From Deltaproteobacteria bacterium (lineage in GTDB: Bacteria > Myxococcota > SpSt-1050 > JACRCP01), in contig JACRCP010000248.1 of assembly GCA_016218965.1 (NCBI GenBank), positions 10,517-74,516 on the forward strand: DNA of 64,000 bases, in the 5' to 3' direction. The notes below the pieces were generated by a model. That model made no database searches. It saw only the letters and a list, made by a program, of their open reading frames with translations, and was not told the DNA's origin. The translations under genes and the position numbers were made by a program. Below, one piece after another: positions 17,701-27,900 of this stretch (position 1 is its first letter; each line of letters starts with the position of its first letter).

Positions 17701-19163
17701 ACAACGACACCGCCGAGGCGTCGGGAAGAACGCCGATTGCATGGTCCAAGGTCGGCGGGCCTGCCGAGTTTTCCATTGACGCAACTTCGGGGCGTGTCAC
17801 GTGGACGCCGGTCGCTTTCGGACCGGCCGAGATTTCGATCAAAGCGGAGAATGCGTGGGGGAGCGACGTGCAGACGTTCACTGCCGACGTCACGAAAGGC
17901 GCGACCCCAGAGCCGCCCTCGGCCGTGCTGGCGGCGGATCCGGACCGCGGCGATGCGCCGCTTGACGTTTCTTTTTACGCGTCCGGGAGCACGGCCGGCG
18001 CGGGCGCCACCATTGTGCAGTATCGATGGGATTTCGGCGACGCGACCGGGGCTTCAGGCCAGGGCAAGACCGCCTCGCACACCTATCCCAGACCGGGTGT
18101 GTATCGGGCTGGCCTCACCGTCGTGGACGATTGGGGGCAATCCGGAAGCGCGTCGGCCGAGATCACGGTAATGGCGAAGGGCTTGCAGCCGCCGACGGTG
18201 AAGATTGTGGCCGACAAGACTGAGGGCGAGGCGCCGCTGCAGGTCTCCTTCTCGGCCGAGTGCACGGATGACGGCCGGATCGTGGACTATTTGTGGGATT
18301 TCGGCGACGGCTCGGCGGGGACGGTCGAGAAACCGGCGCACGTGTTCCAGTCGGGCGGGAGTTGGCCCGTGACTTTGCTCGTGCGGGACGACGACGGGCT
18401 GTCGGGATCGGACAAGAAGATCATCACCGTGACGGCAGGCGGGCTTAGGCCGCCCGCGGTAAAGATCAGCGCCTCGACTTCCAGCGGCGAGGCGCCTCTG
18501 GATGTCGAATTCACGGCGGTCGTGACCGAAGGTGACGGCGAGGTCACCTCCCGCCGCTGGACCGTCGACCGCGTGGATGCGGGGTCGGGCGAAACCCTTT
18601 CGCGCACGTTCGACCAACCGGGGCGGTACCTTGTTGCGCTCACCGTCTATGACTCGAACGAGCTCTCGGGGTCCGACGTGGTGACCACGAACGTCCTGAA
18701 AAACGGTCTCGTCCCGCCCGAGATAGTATCGAGCCCGGATCTCACGGCGCGGGCAGGGATCGAGTACCGGTACGCGGCGAGGGCCGTCGGCGACCCGCCC
18801 ATCGAGTGGTCGCTCGTCAAAGGGCCGGCGGAGATGGGCGTTGACAGTGCAACGGGCGAGATCACATGGACGCCGCCCGCGAACTCGCCGCCAAACGCGG
18901 ACGTGACCATCTCCGCGTCCAATGCTGCGGGCGAGGACAAGCAGGGCTGGACCATCATAGTAGGCGGCGCCGTCGGCGCCGCCGGCGCCGACGGCGGAAC
19001 GACGCCCGACGCCCCCGGGCTTGGCGACGAATCCGCCGGCGGGTGCAGTTGCGCGACGGCATCGGCTTCACCGGCCGACCTTGCGGCCATCGTTCTGTCC
19101 CTGGCTCTGATGATCGGCGTAGCGTTGCTGGCGCCGCGCGTGGGACGGGGCAGGAGAGCGTAG
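11757..19163 (+). CDS. Giant cell-surface lipoprotein adhesin (~2470 aa) with Big/invasin-type Ig, PKD and cadherin-like repeats and a MYXO-CTERM-like C-terminal sorting tail
   Basis: Lipobox (LLAAC). Many Big_1-like repeats (ADG..TSTI.VTA.D..G....G..V). Five PKD-like modules (DFGDG...H.Y...G.Y...L.V.D). C-terminus 'GCSCATASAS...IVLSLALMIGVALLA-PRVGRGRRA' (Gly-Cys, TM helix, Arg cluster). Confidence 0.85.
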   Translation: MSRSFLAFGAAVVLLAACQTGDQDKAEVPPASDGAFELHHTDEIPALRTGTSWTRALPDGKRLAHISTAPIHYTDETGTLRKIDVNIVPVARRDLPNAAFGVEKNLFKTYFPARAGEGVTVELPGGHRIEMWRETAVAALDDAYAPLHALVPEASLGEPREHAVSYRGSFRNIDERFTAGPVLLKHDVEIKSRDALPSVHRLAYLAFSEDVVLSHGLRLSCDGQVIAEPTVCQGGLEVMDASGGFIAGFRAPWYRDAASAAPLGPAGAAGRAAYLVSPGNGVFRLSVVVPFGWLNDEARVFPVVIDPTVSPEANADTWIFSSCPDTNGSPYQAMYAGRDGGDLFVDCSPASNLRALVKADLSSVPIGATVDAATFNAYLADSWYDGTTTSYTVSRLTGAWSEAVTWNTQPGIDSPEATVGIPWSYDIWISWSIPVMAQYWASNPTGSHGLAIRHWNEGSQTSMRQFWTREYSGGHPYFSVTYTPDSTAPAFQSTTVTGARYQNGNDYWVRGGEQVKIAVRHFDNQSGLKIQQVDLYNGSCNSWIDHYWDSHSNIVSYVPGGCSHVTFPAPTAEEIENAGGYTTTRFTAQFTGGDYDYPVQGRAWDYATNDSNLANDGKYVKTDDTDPSISNLSPSGGFVSGVVTVSADVTDARSGLKSVVFSIGDAACSGGWTDLGAPSQAGNTFSSSWDTSGRPEGTYCIRAVGTDNADRTATATTTVSVDRTAPSITSRQLDKAQVIPNGSEQLTVTIAAQDSSNPVWWIKGRINFDGSADLAACQNNPPDPPCRGSFVWSPDQSYLVASGYVSITSCSGGGYGALIDAWGGSTYLTLASCTGGVAGNAATAAWTISLTPAFGEHTGNWISADAADISNNVGSWGPTAPAAPMFDTLAPTPTTPQFSPVPPAFTKGTSINLQWTASSEPVYGIKEYEAARTNTPAEAQSCGASPPAGYTSSGAVGGTNHIFSGLVDGQKYCHWVRAKSNADKYSAWSNPASSTQDNTNPTCALDGVTGTAGIVYFNTTIKRVYYNNSTSGGNIDVLASGADAASGIVSINFPTIGGFSGSGNDTTAPYRSSDVSAYSFTPASTFTGSGFAICTDGVNNQTPASYSIERDILAPEGGLISYPNGTSGAAAVTVQWDDGSDSGSGLGSVQLRRAEAAYSGGSCGSFGPFADVGNQTVGGLSWIDTGIQVNKCYKYEALVADNVGNAVTYDNTNVFVRIPGAPADPAKSTISAAPQTLPADGAATSTILVTAIDTNSQNMGAGQAVAIAIEAGTGTLLGTVEDKGNGTYTQLLQAGTKPGSATLSATINGVLLNGRATVTYVVGPVDKDKTEIIAVPASIVADGSSTSTIVVTPKDAGGNLIGKGQTVTVTLASGTGTLSGAVADKQDGTYEQTVTSPTAAGSGEFEAEVNSVKITSRAAVTYTAGGAAKLAFVVQPPAAVQAGAVMAPFSVAVADANGNVVTGDNATQITLSLDAGTGTPQGTLLRAVSAGVASFDDVSHRTAETIRFRARSAPPHAEATSSDVVVSAGPADHVVATALAGSVLIGTQAAVEIAVKDRFENTAAGAREVTVTVDRAAQIAATTLAGASGIGTAAVTGTTAADGTAQVSVTDATPEVVTVAPDGAGLPEQSQNVAATVQFVRETPDHIVLSIPAGEVRAGVSRVITAKVRDKNDQDLSAQVIVTIRAEKGAQFTATTLAASSGIGTAVLSGTIPASGAAEATITDTVAETVNVVPEAQLAQTMPHTGVTVTFVPNVPAGTVTLLPNPAKIRADGVSVSTVTSGEIKDQYGNVERDGTLITVASSKGNINASDASAANAGIQVATLGGVVTFDVRADATPGVADVTVASVEGSAAGAATLEFAANGAPTADAGADVEAVGGDAVTLDGSASSDPEGDALTFVWTQTAGEPVALSDATAEKPGFDAPDVSDMQELEFALVVNDGLGASAPDTVKVTVTPGAGAAPKITSTPALKATTGEPYHYDDNDTAEASGRTPIAWSKVGGPAEFSIDATSGRVTWTPVAFGPAEISIKAENAWGSDVQTFTADVTKGATPEPPSAVLAADPDRGDAPLDVSFYASGSTAGAGATIVQYRWDFGDATGASGQGKTASHTYPRPGVYRAGLTVVDDWGQSGSASAEITVMAKGLQPPTVKIVADKTEGEAPLQVSFSAECTDDGRIVDYLWDFGDGSAGTVEKPAHVFQSGGSWPVTLLVRDDDGLSGSDKKIITVTAGGLRPPAVKISASTSSGEAPLDVEFTAVVTEGDGEVTSRRWTVDRVDAGSGETLSRTFDQPGRYLVALTVYDSNELSGSDVVTTNVLKNGLVPPEIVSSPDLTARAGIEYRYAARAVGDPPIEWSLVKGPAEMGVDSATGEITWTPPANSPPNADVTISASNAAGEDKQGWTIIVGGAVGAAGADGGTTPDAPGLGDESAGGCSCATASASPADLAAIVLSLALMIGVALLAPRVGRGRRA

Positions 19164-19193
19164 TTGCGCAACCCGGGGTTTCCTGTTAAGTGA

Positions 19194-20253
<1,060 letters not shown>

Positions 20254-20255
<2 letters not shown>

Positions 20256-20306
20256 AACAGGATTTGGGATTTAGAAATTAGAAATTTGGATTTGGAATTT
20301 TAGGAT
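20254..20306. repeat. AT-rich 'AAAACAGG-ATTTGGGATTTAG-AAATTAGAAATTTGGATTTGGAATTTTAGGAT' element between mreB and mreC (copy 1 of 2; see 60581-60625)
   Basis: Stands out in a ~68% GC background. A 13-mer ATTTGGGATTTAG and the flanking AAAACAG are shared with the inverted copy at 60581-60625. Confidence 0.6.
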
Positions 20307-20337
20307 CTGGGACATGCGAAACTGACGGCGGGCTTTC

Positions 20338-21186
20338 ATGGAACAACGGCCCCCAACGTGGAAGCTCACCGCCGTCCTCGCGGTACTGGTCGTCCTCCCG
20401 GTGTTCCTGATTGTCTTTTCCGTCAAGACCGAGGGCGAGACGTCGGTGCTCTCGCGCGCCGCATCGGCGTTGATCGGGCCGTTCCACAGGGCCATCACGT
20501 CCGGGATGGACGGGATCTCGCGGGCGTGGCGGGGATACGTGTGGCTCGCCGGGGCGGCGCAGCAGAACCTCGCCATGCACAGGGAGATCGACGAGATAAG
20601 GGCCGGAGATGCCCAAAGGACCGAGCTCGGTCTCGAAAACCGGCGGCTGCTCGACCTGCTCGAGTACCGCAAGGCGAACGCCGGCCACCAGATGAAGCTC
20701 GCGCGCGTGATTGCCGGCGGGGTCTCCGCCCAGGCCGACATGATCACCGTCGACAGGGGGACGGCGGACGGCGTGCAGAAAGGCATGGCGGTCGTGTCGG
20801 TCGACGGCCTCGTGGGGCGCGTGTTTCGCGCGTTCCGCGGCCATGCGGAGGTGCTGCTGGTCACGGACCGGAACAGCGCCATCGCGGGGACCGTGCAGTC
20901 CTCGCGCGCGAGGGGGATCGTGAAGGGAAGGGGGCTTGCCAAGGGCGCCACTTGCGACCTCGAATACATTCCGCGCTCCGAAACCGTGAACGAAGGGGAC
21001 CTCGTGGTCACGACTGGGCTGGGCGACTTCTTCCCCAAAGGCGTTGTGATCGGGAAGGTCGTGGGCGTGGACCGCGCCGCCAACTACCTGTTCCAGAGGG
21101 CCGTTGTCGAGCCCGCGGTCAAGTTCCTGAGCGTCGAGGAGGTGCTCGTCGTGGTGAAAACCGCGGCGGCGGAGGCGGATAGATGA
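20338..21186 (+). CDS. mreC: Rod shape-determining protein MreC
   Basis: N-terminal TM helix, coiled-coil region, then the MreC beta-domain (G.VVG.V.......A.V.L.TD). Confidence 0.9.
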   Translation: MEQRPPTWKLTAVLAVLVVLPVFLIVFSVKTEGETSVLSRAASALIGPFHRAITSGMDGISRAWRGYVWLAGAAQQNLAMHREIDEIRAGDAQRTELGLENRRLLDLLEYRKANAGHQMKLARVIAGGVSAQADMITVDRGTADGVQKGMAVVSVDGLVGRVFRAFRGHAEVLLVTDRNSAIAGTVQSSRARGIVKGRGLAKGATCDLEYIPRSETVNEGDLVVTTGLGDFFPKGVVIGKVVGVDRAANYLFQRAVVEPAVKFLSVEEVLVVVKTAAAEADR

Positions 21187-21704
21187 ACTTCGTGTTCAGG
21201 GCGATCCCGCCGGCTCTCGTGGCGGCGCTTGCCGCCGCGCTCGTCCCGCCTCTTGGGCGTGAGTTCGCGCCCGGATTCCGGTTTGACGTATTCCTCCCCA
21301 TCGTCGCATTCGTCGCCACCGGGGAACGGCTTTTTTTTTGCATCCCCGCCGCGTGGTTTTTGGGCGCGGCGGCGGACGCGCTCGCCGGGACGCCTGCGGG
21401 CACCAGCGTGTTCGGGTATCAGGTGATTGTGGTGGGAATGCACGCGGCATCCCGCTGGCTGAGCTTTCGCTCGCCGACCGGCTTCGGGTCGCTCGTCCTG
21501 CTGCTGGCCCTGTTGAATTCGTCGGTCCAGTATCTCGTTCTGACCATCGTCGGGCACAAGGCGGTCCTCGAGTGGGGAGTAACGACGGCCGACGCCCTTA
21601 GAACCGGCCTCTGGGGGGTGGCGGTCTACTTCCTGCTGGGCGGGGCCGAGCGACTTGCCGGCAGGCTCGTCGGCCGGGCCCGCGATGGAAAGGGGGCCTC
21701 GTGA
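21183..21704 (+). CDS. mreD: Rod shape-determining protein MreD
   Basis: Small polytopic membrane protein. ATGA overlap with mreC and GTGA overlap with pbp2; position in the mre operon. Confidence 0.8.
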   Translation: MNFVFRAIPPALVAALAAALVPPLGREFAPGFRFDVFLPIVAFVATGERLFFCIPAAWFLGAAADALAGTPAGTSVFGYQVIVVGMHAASRWLSFRSPTGFGSLVLLLALLNSSVQYLVLTIVGHKAVLEWGVTTADALRTGLWGVAVYFLLGGAERLAGRLVGRARDGKGAS

Positions 21705-23746
21705 CCCGGCGGCGTTTCGGACAAGGTCCCCGCGAGGCCGGCGAGCAAATCGTCTCGCAGGAGGAACGGATAACCGTCTATCGGTGGAACTACGTGTGGC
21801 TGTGGGCGGTCCTTCTGCTGGTGTTTTTGGCCCTGTGCTACCGGTTTTATCAGCTTCAGATCACGCGCGGCGACTCGTACAACGAAAAATCCGAGAAAAA
21901 CTTCATACAGATCCGGCGCGTGCACGCCGTCCGGGGGATCATCTTCGACAGGAAGATGCGCCCGCTTGTCGAGAACCGCGCTTCGTTCAACCTCCATCTC
22001 ACGCCCGCGTTTTCGAAGAACCCGCGCCAGACGCTCAAACTCATCGATCGCGTGATCGGCCTGAACTACGAGACGTTCAGGCGGGCCGAGCAGGCGATCA
22101 AAAAGGCGAAAGGGCTTGCCCGTTTCCAGGCCATTCCGCTTGCGGACGACCTCGACGCCGAACGCCTTGCGCTTTTCGAGTTTCACAAGACCGACCTCGA
22201 CGGGGTGGAAGTGGTGGTCGAGCCTCACCGGCACTACAAGTATGGCACGACGGCTTCGCATCTACTTGGCTACATGGGCGAGATCGACGCCGAGACGCTC
22301 GATAACATGAAGGCGCAGGGCAGGTCGTACCGGCAGGGCGATTTCGTGGGCAAAAAGGGGGTGGAATCGGCGTACGAGGAGGACTTGAAGGGTGTCGACG
22401 GCAGCGAGCCCGTGCTTGTCGACGCAAAAGGACGGCGGGTGGACGAGAAGGATTTCAAGGGGATACTGCCCGATGGCCCCCGCAAGGACGCACGGCCCGG
22501 GAACAACGTGGTCCTCTCGCTGGATCTGGATCTGCAGATGGCGGCCGAGGCGGCCTTCGAGGGGAACGAGGGAGGGGTGATCGCCATCGACCCAGGCACG
22601 GGCGCGGTCCTCGCCATGGTGAGCCGGCCCGCGTTCGATCCGAACCGCCTAACCGGGCGCGTTTCGCGTGACGAGTGGTGGACGCTCCTGATGGACCCCT
22701 TAAAACCCCTCGTCAACAAGGTCACGCAGGACCATAACCACCCGGGCTCGACGTACAAGCTCGTGACCGCGCTGGCGGCGCTCGAAGAGAAGGCCGTGCG
22801 CCCCGAAACCCTGAACCCGTGCCCGGGTTACTACCGGCTGGGCAAATGGCCGTTTCGGTGCTGGAAGGAAAAGGGCCACGGGGGGATGAACCTGCACAGG
22901 GCCATCGTGCAATCGTGCGACGTGTACTTTTACCGCATGGGCGACAAGCTGGGAATCGAAAGGCTGGCCGACTGGGCGCACATCCTGGGGTTCGGCGAGA
23001 AGACGGGGATTGACATCAGGGACGAGGTTCCCGGGGTGGTGCCCAACCGGGCGTTTTACGACCGGCCGCATTTCGGGGGGTACCACAAGGGCTACGCCGT
23101 GAACAGCGCCATCGGCCAGGGCGACGTGAACGTGACGCCGCTCCAGCTTGCGCTCGCGTATGCCGCCGTCGCCAACGGCGGAAGGCTCATGAAACCGACG
23201 ACCCTCCTGCGGGTGGAGTCCCCGGAGCGGAACACGCTTCGGGAGCCGGTTCCCGAGGTCAGAAGGGAACTCCCCGCGTCGCCTGAGAATCTCGAGGCGG
23301 TCAAGTCAGGGCTCGTCAGTGTCGTGAACGAGCCGGGAGGAACGGCGTATTCCAAAAGGCTTCCCGAGCTTTCGCAGATCAAGATCGGCGGCAAGACCGG
23401 CACCGCCCAGGTCGTTGCGATCGGTGCAAAGAGGGTCAGGGCCGAACAGATGGATTTCTTCCGGCGGGACCATGCGTGGTTCGTTGCGTTCGCCCCGGCC
23501 GAGGACCCCGAGATTGCCGTGGCGGTCATCAACAAACACGGCGGCCACGGAGCGACCGGCGCGGCGCCAATCGCCATGCAGGTCATCAAGGCGTACTTCG
23601 AGAAGGTCAAGGGCATGAAGCTCGAAAAGCCGCCACGAATCGTGACCCGCCGCCCGGCCCCCGTCGAGGAGCTAGAGGACACCATGCCCACGCCGCTCCC
23701 CGCCGTCGAAGAACCCGCGCCCGCCGAACCCGTGACCACACAGTAG
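21701..23746 (+). CDS. mrdA: Penicillin-binding protein 2 (peptidoglycan D,D-transpeptidase)
   Basis: N-terminal TM helix; SxxK (STYK), SxN (SCD) and KTGTA motifs. Confidence 0.9.
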   Translation: MTRRRFGQGPREAGEQIVSQEERITVYRWNYVWLWAVLLLVFLALCYRFYQLQITRGDSYNEKSEKNFIQIRRVHAVRGIIFDRKMRPLVENRASFNLHLTPAFSKNPRQTLKLIDRVIGLNYETFRRAEQAIKKAKGLARFQAIPLADDLDAERLALFEFHKTDLDGVEVVVEPHRHYKYGTTASHLLGYMGEIDAETLDNMKAQGRSYRQGDFVGKKGVESAYEEDLKGVDGSEPVLVDAKGRRVDEKDFKGILPDGPRKDARPGNNVVLSLDLDLQMAAEAAFEGNEGGVIAIDPGTGAVLAMVSRPAFDPNRLTGRVSRDEWWTLLMDPLKPLVNKVTQDHNHPGSTYKLVTALAALEEKAVRPETLNPCPGYYRLGKWPFRCWKEKGHGGMNLHRAIVQSCDVYFYRMGDKLGIERLADWAHILGFGEKTGIDIRDEVPGVVPNRAFYDRPHFGGYHKGYAVNSAIGQGDVNVTPLQLALAYAAVANGGRLMKPTTLLRVESPERNTLREPVPEVRRELPASPENLEAVKSGLVSVVNEPGGTAYSKRLPELSQIKIGGKTGTAQVVAIGAKRVRAEQMDFFRRDHAWFVAFAPAEDPEIAVAVINKHGGHGATGAAPIAMQVIKAYFEKVKGMKLEKPPRIVTRRPAPVEELEDTMPTPLPAVEEPAPAEPVTTQ

Positions 23747-23754
23747 GAGAACGG

Positions 23755-24852
23755 ATGTCGCAGGGCAGGGCGATAGCGAATTTCAACTGGGCGCTCCTGG
23801 GCGTGATGCTGGCGCTCTTTGGCGCCGGGATTGTCAACCTGTACTCCGCCACGGTAGCGCGCGAGAGCACGTCCCAGTACTACCTGAACCAGCTCTACTG
23901 GTTCGGCATCGGCCTTGCCGGGGTCATTGCGGTCCAGTTTTTCGACTACCGGCACGCCGACCGCTTCGCATATGTATTCTACGCGGTGTGCCTTCTGGGC
24001 CTCGTGCTCGTCGCGGTCAAGGGCAAGACCGTTTTCGGCGGCCGCCGATGGCTGAGCCTTGGACCCGTTTCGCTCCAGCCGTCCGAGTTCATGAAGCTCG
24101 GCCTCATCGTGGCCCTGGCGCACTTTTTCAACGCCCGCCAGGACGAGGGCCCATACGGGTTCAAGCAGCTCTGGGTGCCGCTGCTCCTGGCGGCGGTCCC
24201 GGCCGCGCTCATCATCAGACAGCCGGACCTGGGGACGGCGACCATTCTGCTCCTCGTCGCGTTTTCGATGCTCCTGTTCGCGAGAATGAAACTCTCGACG
24301 CTTTTGTTGAGCGTCGTCATCGGCGTCTCGACGATGCTGGTGTCCTGGCAGTACATCCTCAAGAACTACCAGAAGAGGCGCGTCCTCGCGTTCATGGACC
24401 CCGGCGCGGACCTCCTGGGGTCGGGGTACCACGCCAACCAGTCCATGATTGCCGTCGGGTCCGGAAAAGGTCTCGGAAAAGGGTTCATGGCGAGCACACA
24501 GTCGCAGTTCAGCTTCCTGCCCGAACAACACACCGATTTCATCTTCTCGGTGTTCTCCGAGGAATGGGGATACGCGGGCGTCCTGGCGATCATGTTCATG
24601 TTCCTGTTGCTGCTGTTTCTGGTCCTGGAGTGTTCGCGGACGGCCAGGGAGAAATTCGGCGTCTTCGTCCCGGCAGGGGTGTTCTTCATGATCTTCTGGC
24701 ACCTGGTGATCAACGTGGGGATGGTATCGGGGCTCATGCCGGTGGTCGGAGTGACCCTGCCGTTTTTTTCGTCCGGCGGCTCCTCGCTCATCGCGGTCAT
24801 GCTCGGAATAGGGCTGGCGCTCAACATCAACATGCGGAGGCATGGGTACTGA
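23755..24852 (+). CDS. rodA: Rod shape-determining protein RodA (SEDS-family peptidoglycan glycosyltransferase)
   Basis: FtsW/RodA/SpoVE family membrane protein. The ATG at 23755 is preceded by GGAGAACGG. The longer track ORF from 23476 is a spurious upstream extension that overlaps pbp2. Confidence 0.9.
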   Translation: MSQGRAIANFNWALLGVMLALFGAGIVNLYSATVARESTSQYYLNQLYWFGIGLAGVIAVQFFDYRHADRFAYVFYAVCLLGLVLVAVKGKTVFGGRRWLSLGPVSLQPSEFMKLGLIVALAHFFNARQDEGPYGFKQLWVPLLLAAVPAALIIRQPDLGTATILLLVAFSMLLFARMKLSTLLLSVVIGVSTMLVSWQYILKNYQKRRVLAFMDPGADLLGSGYHANQSMIAVGSGKGLGKGFMASTQSQFSFLPEQHTDFIFSVFSEEWGYAGVLAIMFMFLLLLFLVLECSRTAREKFGVFVPAGVFFMIFWHLVINVGMVSGLMPVVGVTLPFFSSGGSSLIAVMLGIGLALNINMRRHGY

Positions 24853-24921
24853 TCCGGCCCGCGGCCGCTTCCCCTGGGATTAGTTAACATAATATCCCTT
24901 ATGAGGCCTAACTGGTGTAAG

Positions 24922-24956
24922 GCTGGCGCAGGCGGATTCGTTCCGCCGAAGCCAGC
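24922..24956. terminator. GC-rich hairpin (GCTGGCGCAGGCGGA-ttcgt-TCCGCCGAAGCCAGC) between convergent rodA and the giant minus-strand gene; putative bidirectional terminator
   Basis: A perfect 15-bp stem with a 5-nt loop is visible. No U-tract follows it, so it is rho-independent-like but atypical. Confidence 0.35.
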
Positions 24957-24985
24957 GGGGGGAAAATCCGCGTAGCGGCCCCCCG

Positions 24986-27900
24986 TCAATATTGTCCCGT
25001 GAGCCGCACGAAGAACCCCGAGGCGTCGTGGTTGAGGCTCTCGTAGAGGTTGTCCGAGAAGCTCGAGAAGTTGTAGCCCACTCCAAAACGGATGTTCTTG
25101 GCGGGGATGATCGCAACCTCGGCAAGATACCCGTCCTTCTTTTCGAGATCGAGAAGGACGAGCACGCGGTACTCGGCGCCGAGGTCGATTCTCTCCTTCC
25201 AGAGGTGGAAGTTGAGCCGGTTGATCCAAAGGACCATGTTCACTGCCGTCCACGGCTGGGCGTACGACTGCGAAACGGCGTGCTTGAGCGCGAGCTTTTC
25301 GACGATCTGGAGCCTGAATGGCGTTTCGACGATCGGGATGAGCGAAAAGATGTCCGAGTAGATCTCCTGGGCGGCATCATCAGCCGTGACGTCGAAGTTC
25401 CGGAACTCGTACAGGCGCGAGTACTTGAAGATGAGGTTTATCCAGTCGAAGTTCACGGGCCTAAGCGCAAACCCGAAGCTCGCCTCCATGAAAGCGGCCT
25501 CGCGGCGTTCGTAGCGCTGGTTCTGCGTGTCCGAAACGGAAAGCTTTGCCAAAAACGACAGATCGCGCGTGAACCGCCACGTCGATCCCAGGGTCGCGAG
25601 GTACTGGAACCGGTCCTGGCCGTTCCAATGCTCGTCGGCGTTGTCGAACCGGAGCTCGAGCCTGGTGCCGATCTTGAAGAACTCGTAGCGCAAAAACTCG
25701 AGCCCCACCGCAAAGACATCGCGGGCCGCGTCGCCTTCCATCATCCCCAGTGGGTAGTTCAGGCCGTAGTACGGGACCAGGGCGCCCGCCGAAAGCGCCG
25801 ACTCGTCGCTCTTGAGACCCGCCTGCCGGCCCTGAAGCGGCGACCTCGAATCGCCGGCAAACGCCGCCTGGTTTGGCCGCCCGTATGCCGTGTACGGCGA
25901 CGAGCTCAAGGGAATCGCCCCAAGCGCCGTGTCGGTGCTCGAGATGTACGCCGCGCCGCCCAGCACCTGCGTGTGCTCGAAGTCGAGGTTGAAATACGTC
26001 CCCTTGGCGATGGGCCAGCGGTTGTTTAGGCCGAATACCGACCGGTTCATGGCGTTGCTCGAGACCGAATCGACCTGGTACTCACCGTAGGTTCTCGTCC
26101 CCGGGATGCCCTGGTCCTCGGCGCCCAGCACGCTCGACGTGACGAACTGCCCGTTCCACGACCCCAGTTTCTCGTTGACGTATGCGCTTCCCGTCCCCGA
26201 ATCCGAGAGCGGGACCTTGAGGCCAAGCTGTGTCGCGTTGTCACCGGACCAACGGGCCGTCTCGGACGCCCCCACGACCAGCCCTTCGCGAATCGTGTAC
26301 CTCGCGCCGACCGTCGAGAACATCCTGTCTGCAAACGAATCGTAGAGCTTCGGGTCGCCGCCCATCACGCCCTGCTGCGCGCCGAAAAGCTCCCACCGGC
26401 GGCTGAGCGCATAAGACAGCCCCGCCCCCGCGATGTCGGTGTGGACCTCCTCGGGGGCGACTATGTTGTCCCGGAAATAGATGTAGTTGTCCTCGGCGAG
26501 GACCTTCCACGGTCCCAACTTCTTCTGCCACGACCCGTAGGCCGAGTACTTGTCAAAACTCATCTCGCGCGCGCCGGCGGATTCCGTGAGCGGTTGGGGC
26601 GGGATGCTAACGCTTAAGGCATCGCCCTTGAAACGCAGCTCCATGTCGCCCGGGAGCGTCTTTGACGAGTCGAAACCGTATTTGAGCATCCCCTGTTGAA
26701 GGACGCTCGTCCCCGCCGAGAATCCCGGGTCCATGTCCTGGGCGTACGCCTTGAGCGCGAGCCGCCGCCCGTCCTTCCCGAGGGCCTCGCCCACGTCGCC
26801 CTGCGCCTCGAACATCCAGGCGCTTCCGCCGATCCCGTTCTGCGGGAGGATCCCCCCGCCCGAGGAGATGAAACTCAATCCCCCGTCGTCCGAAAAATAC
26901 ACCGTCGAATCGAAGGACCTCGACTGCGCAAACTCGGCCTTTAGGGCGGCGGTCTTCCCCACGCTCAAGACGGCGTCGGCGCCCCAGATGGAGTACGCCT
27001 CGCGTCCCTTGGCCTCTTCTTTCACATACCCTCCGCCCAGCCGTAGCATCTTGAAGACCGTTTCTTCGACGCGGGCGCCGTACGCCCTGTTGCCCCCGGC
27101 GAGGATCGCGCTGTAGTCGTAGTCGACCTCGAGAAAGACCGGGTGTCCCGCAAGCTGCCGCCCGGGACCCAGAAGCGGCGAGAACGAGTCGGCCGTGGCG
27201 GAGACAGGCTGTTTGAGGATGATCCGGCCCTCGCCGTAGCCCATCGAATAGTCGATGTCGCGGGCAAGCGTCCGGCGGAGGACATCGAGCCCCGAGTCCT
27301 TGTCGCGGACAACGAGGTCCACGCGGTCGCTCCCCTCGATGACGGCGCCGTTTCGCAGATACAGCACCGACCCGCCGGTGGGCCGAAGCACCAGGCGGTC
27401 GTGCGCTATCTCGTCGTAGTCCTGCGACACGAACCCCTTGACGCGGTTTCCCAGGTTCCCGTCGAACGCGGCCCGGTTGAGATCCGCGTCCACGCCGTAG
27501 AACGCGCGGTTGTACCTCAGGAGCTCGACGCCCCGAAGGTCCGAGACGAAGTTGCCGACCAGAAGCCTTGAGTCGTCCGCCTTGACGAGAAGATACAGTT
27601 TGTCTCTGGCGTTGACGTCCTGCACCTCCGACGCGGAGTCGCCGTAGACGGGGTAGTAGCGCTCGGGGTTGTACGCCTCCTTGAAGTACTCGTGCGCGAG
27701 CTCGCGTTGCTTGGCCGTGTCGAAATGGAGCGTGTATTCGATGTTCTCGAACGTCGCCCGCCTGTGCGCCATCCCCTTCACGTAGAGGACGCCTCGACCA
27801 TGAAAGAGCATCCCCGGCCAGTTCACGCCGTTCCAAACCCGAAGTGACGAGGCGGTCGAGACTCCGTCGAGGTCAAGCCCTCCCATACCGGCGATCCCCT

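Noticed and set aside
12475-18171. Numerous 60-270-aa ORFs on both strands inside the two giant genes
   Set aside because: They are embedded in-frame-shifted within continuous 7.4-kb and 11.4-kb coding regions whose translations show consistent domain repeats. These are compositional artefacts.
23476-24852. 458-aa track ORF for RodA, and the 36710-38473 ORF for Wzt
   Set aside because: The upstream parts overlap the preceding genes (pbp2, wzm) in another frame. The conserved N-termini begin at 23755 (RodA) and 37283 (Wzt), and both starts sit at a stop-start junction.
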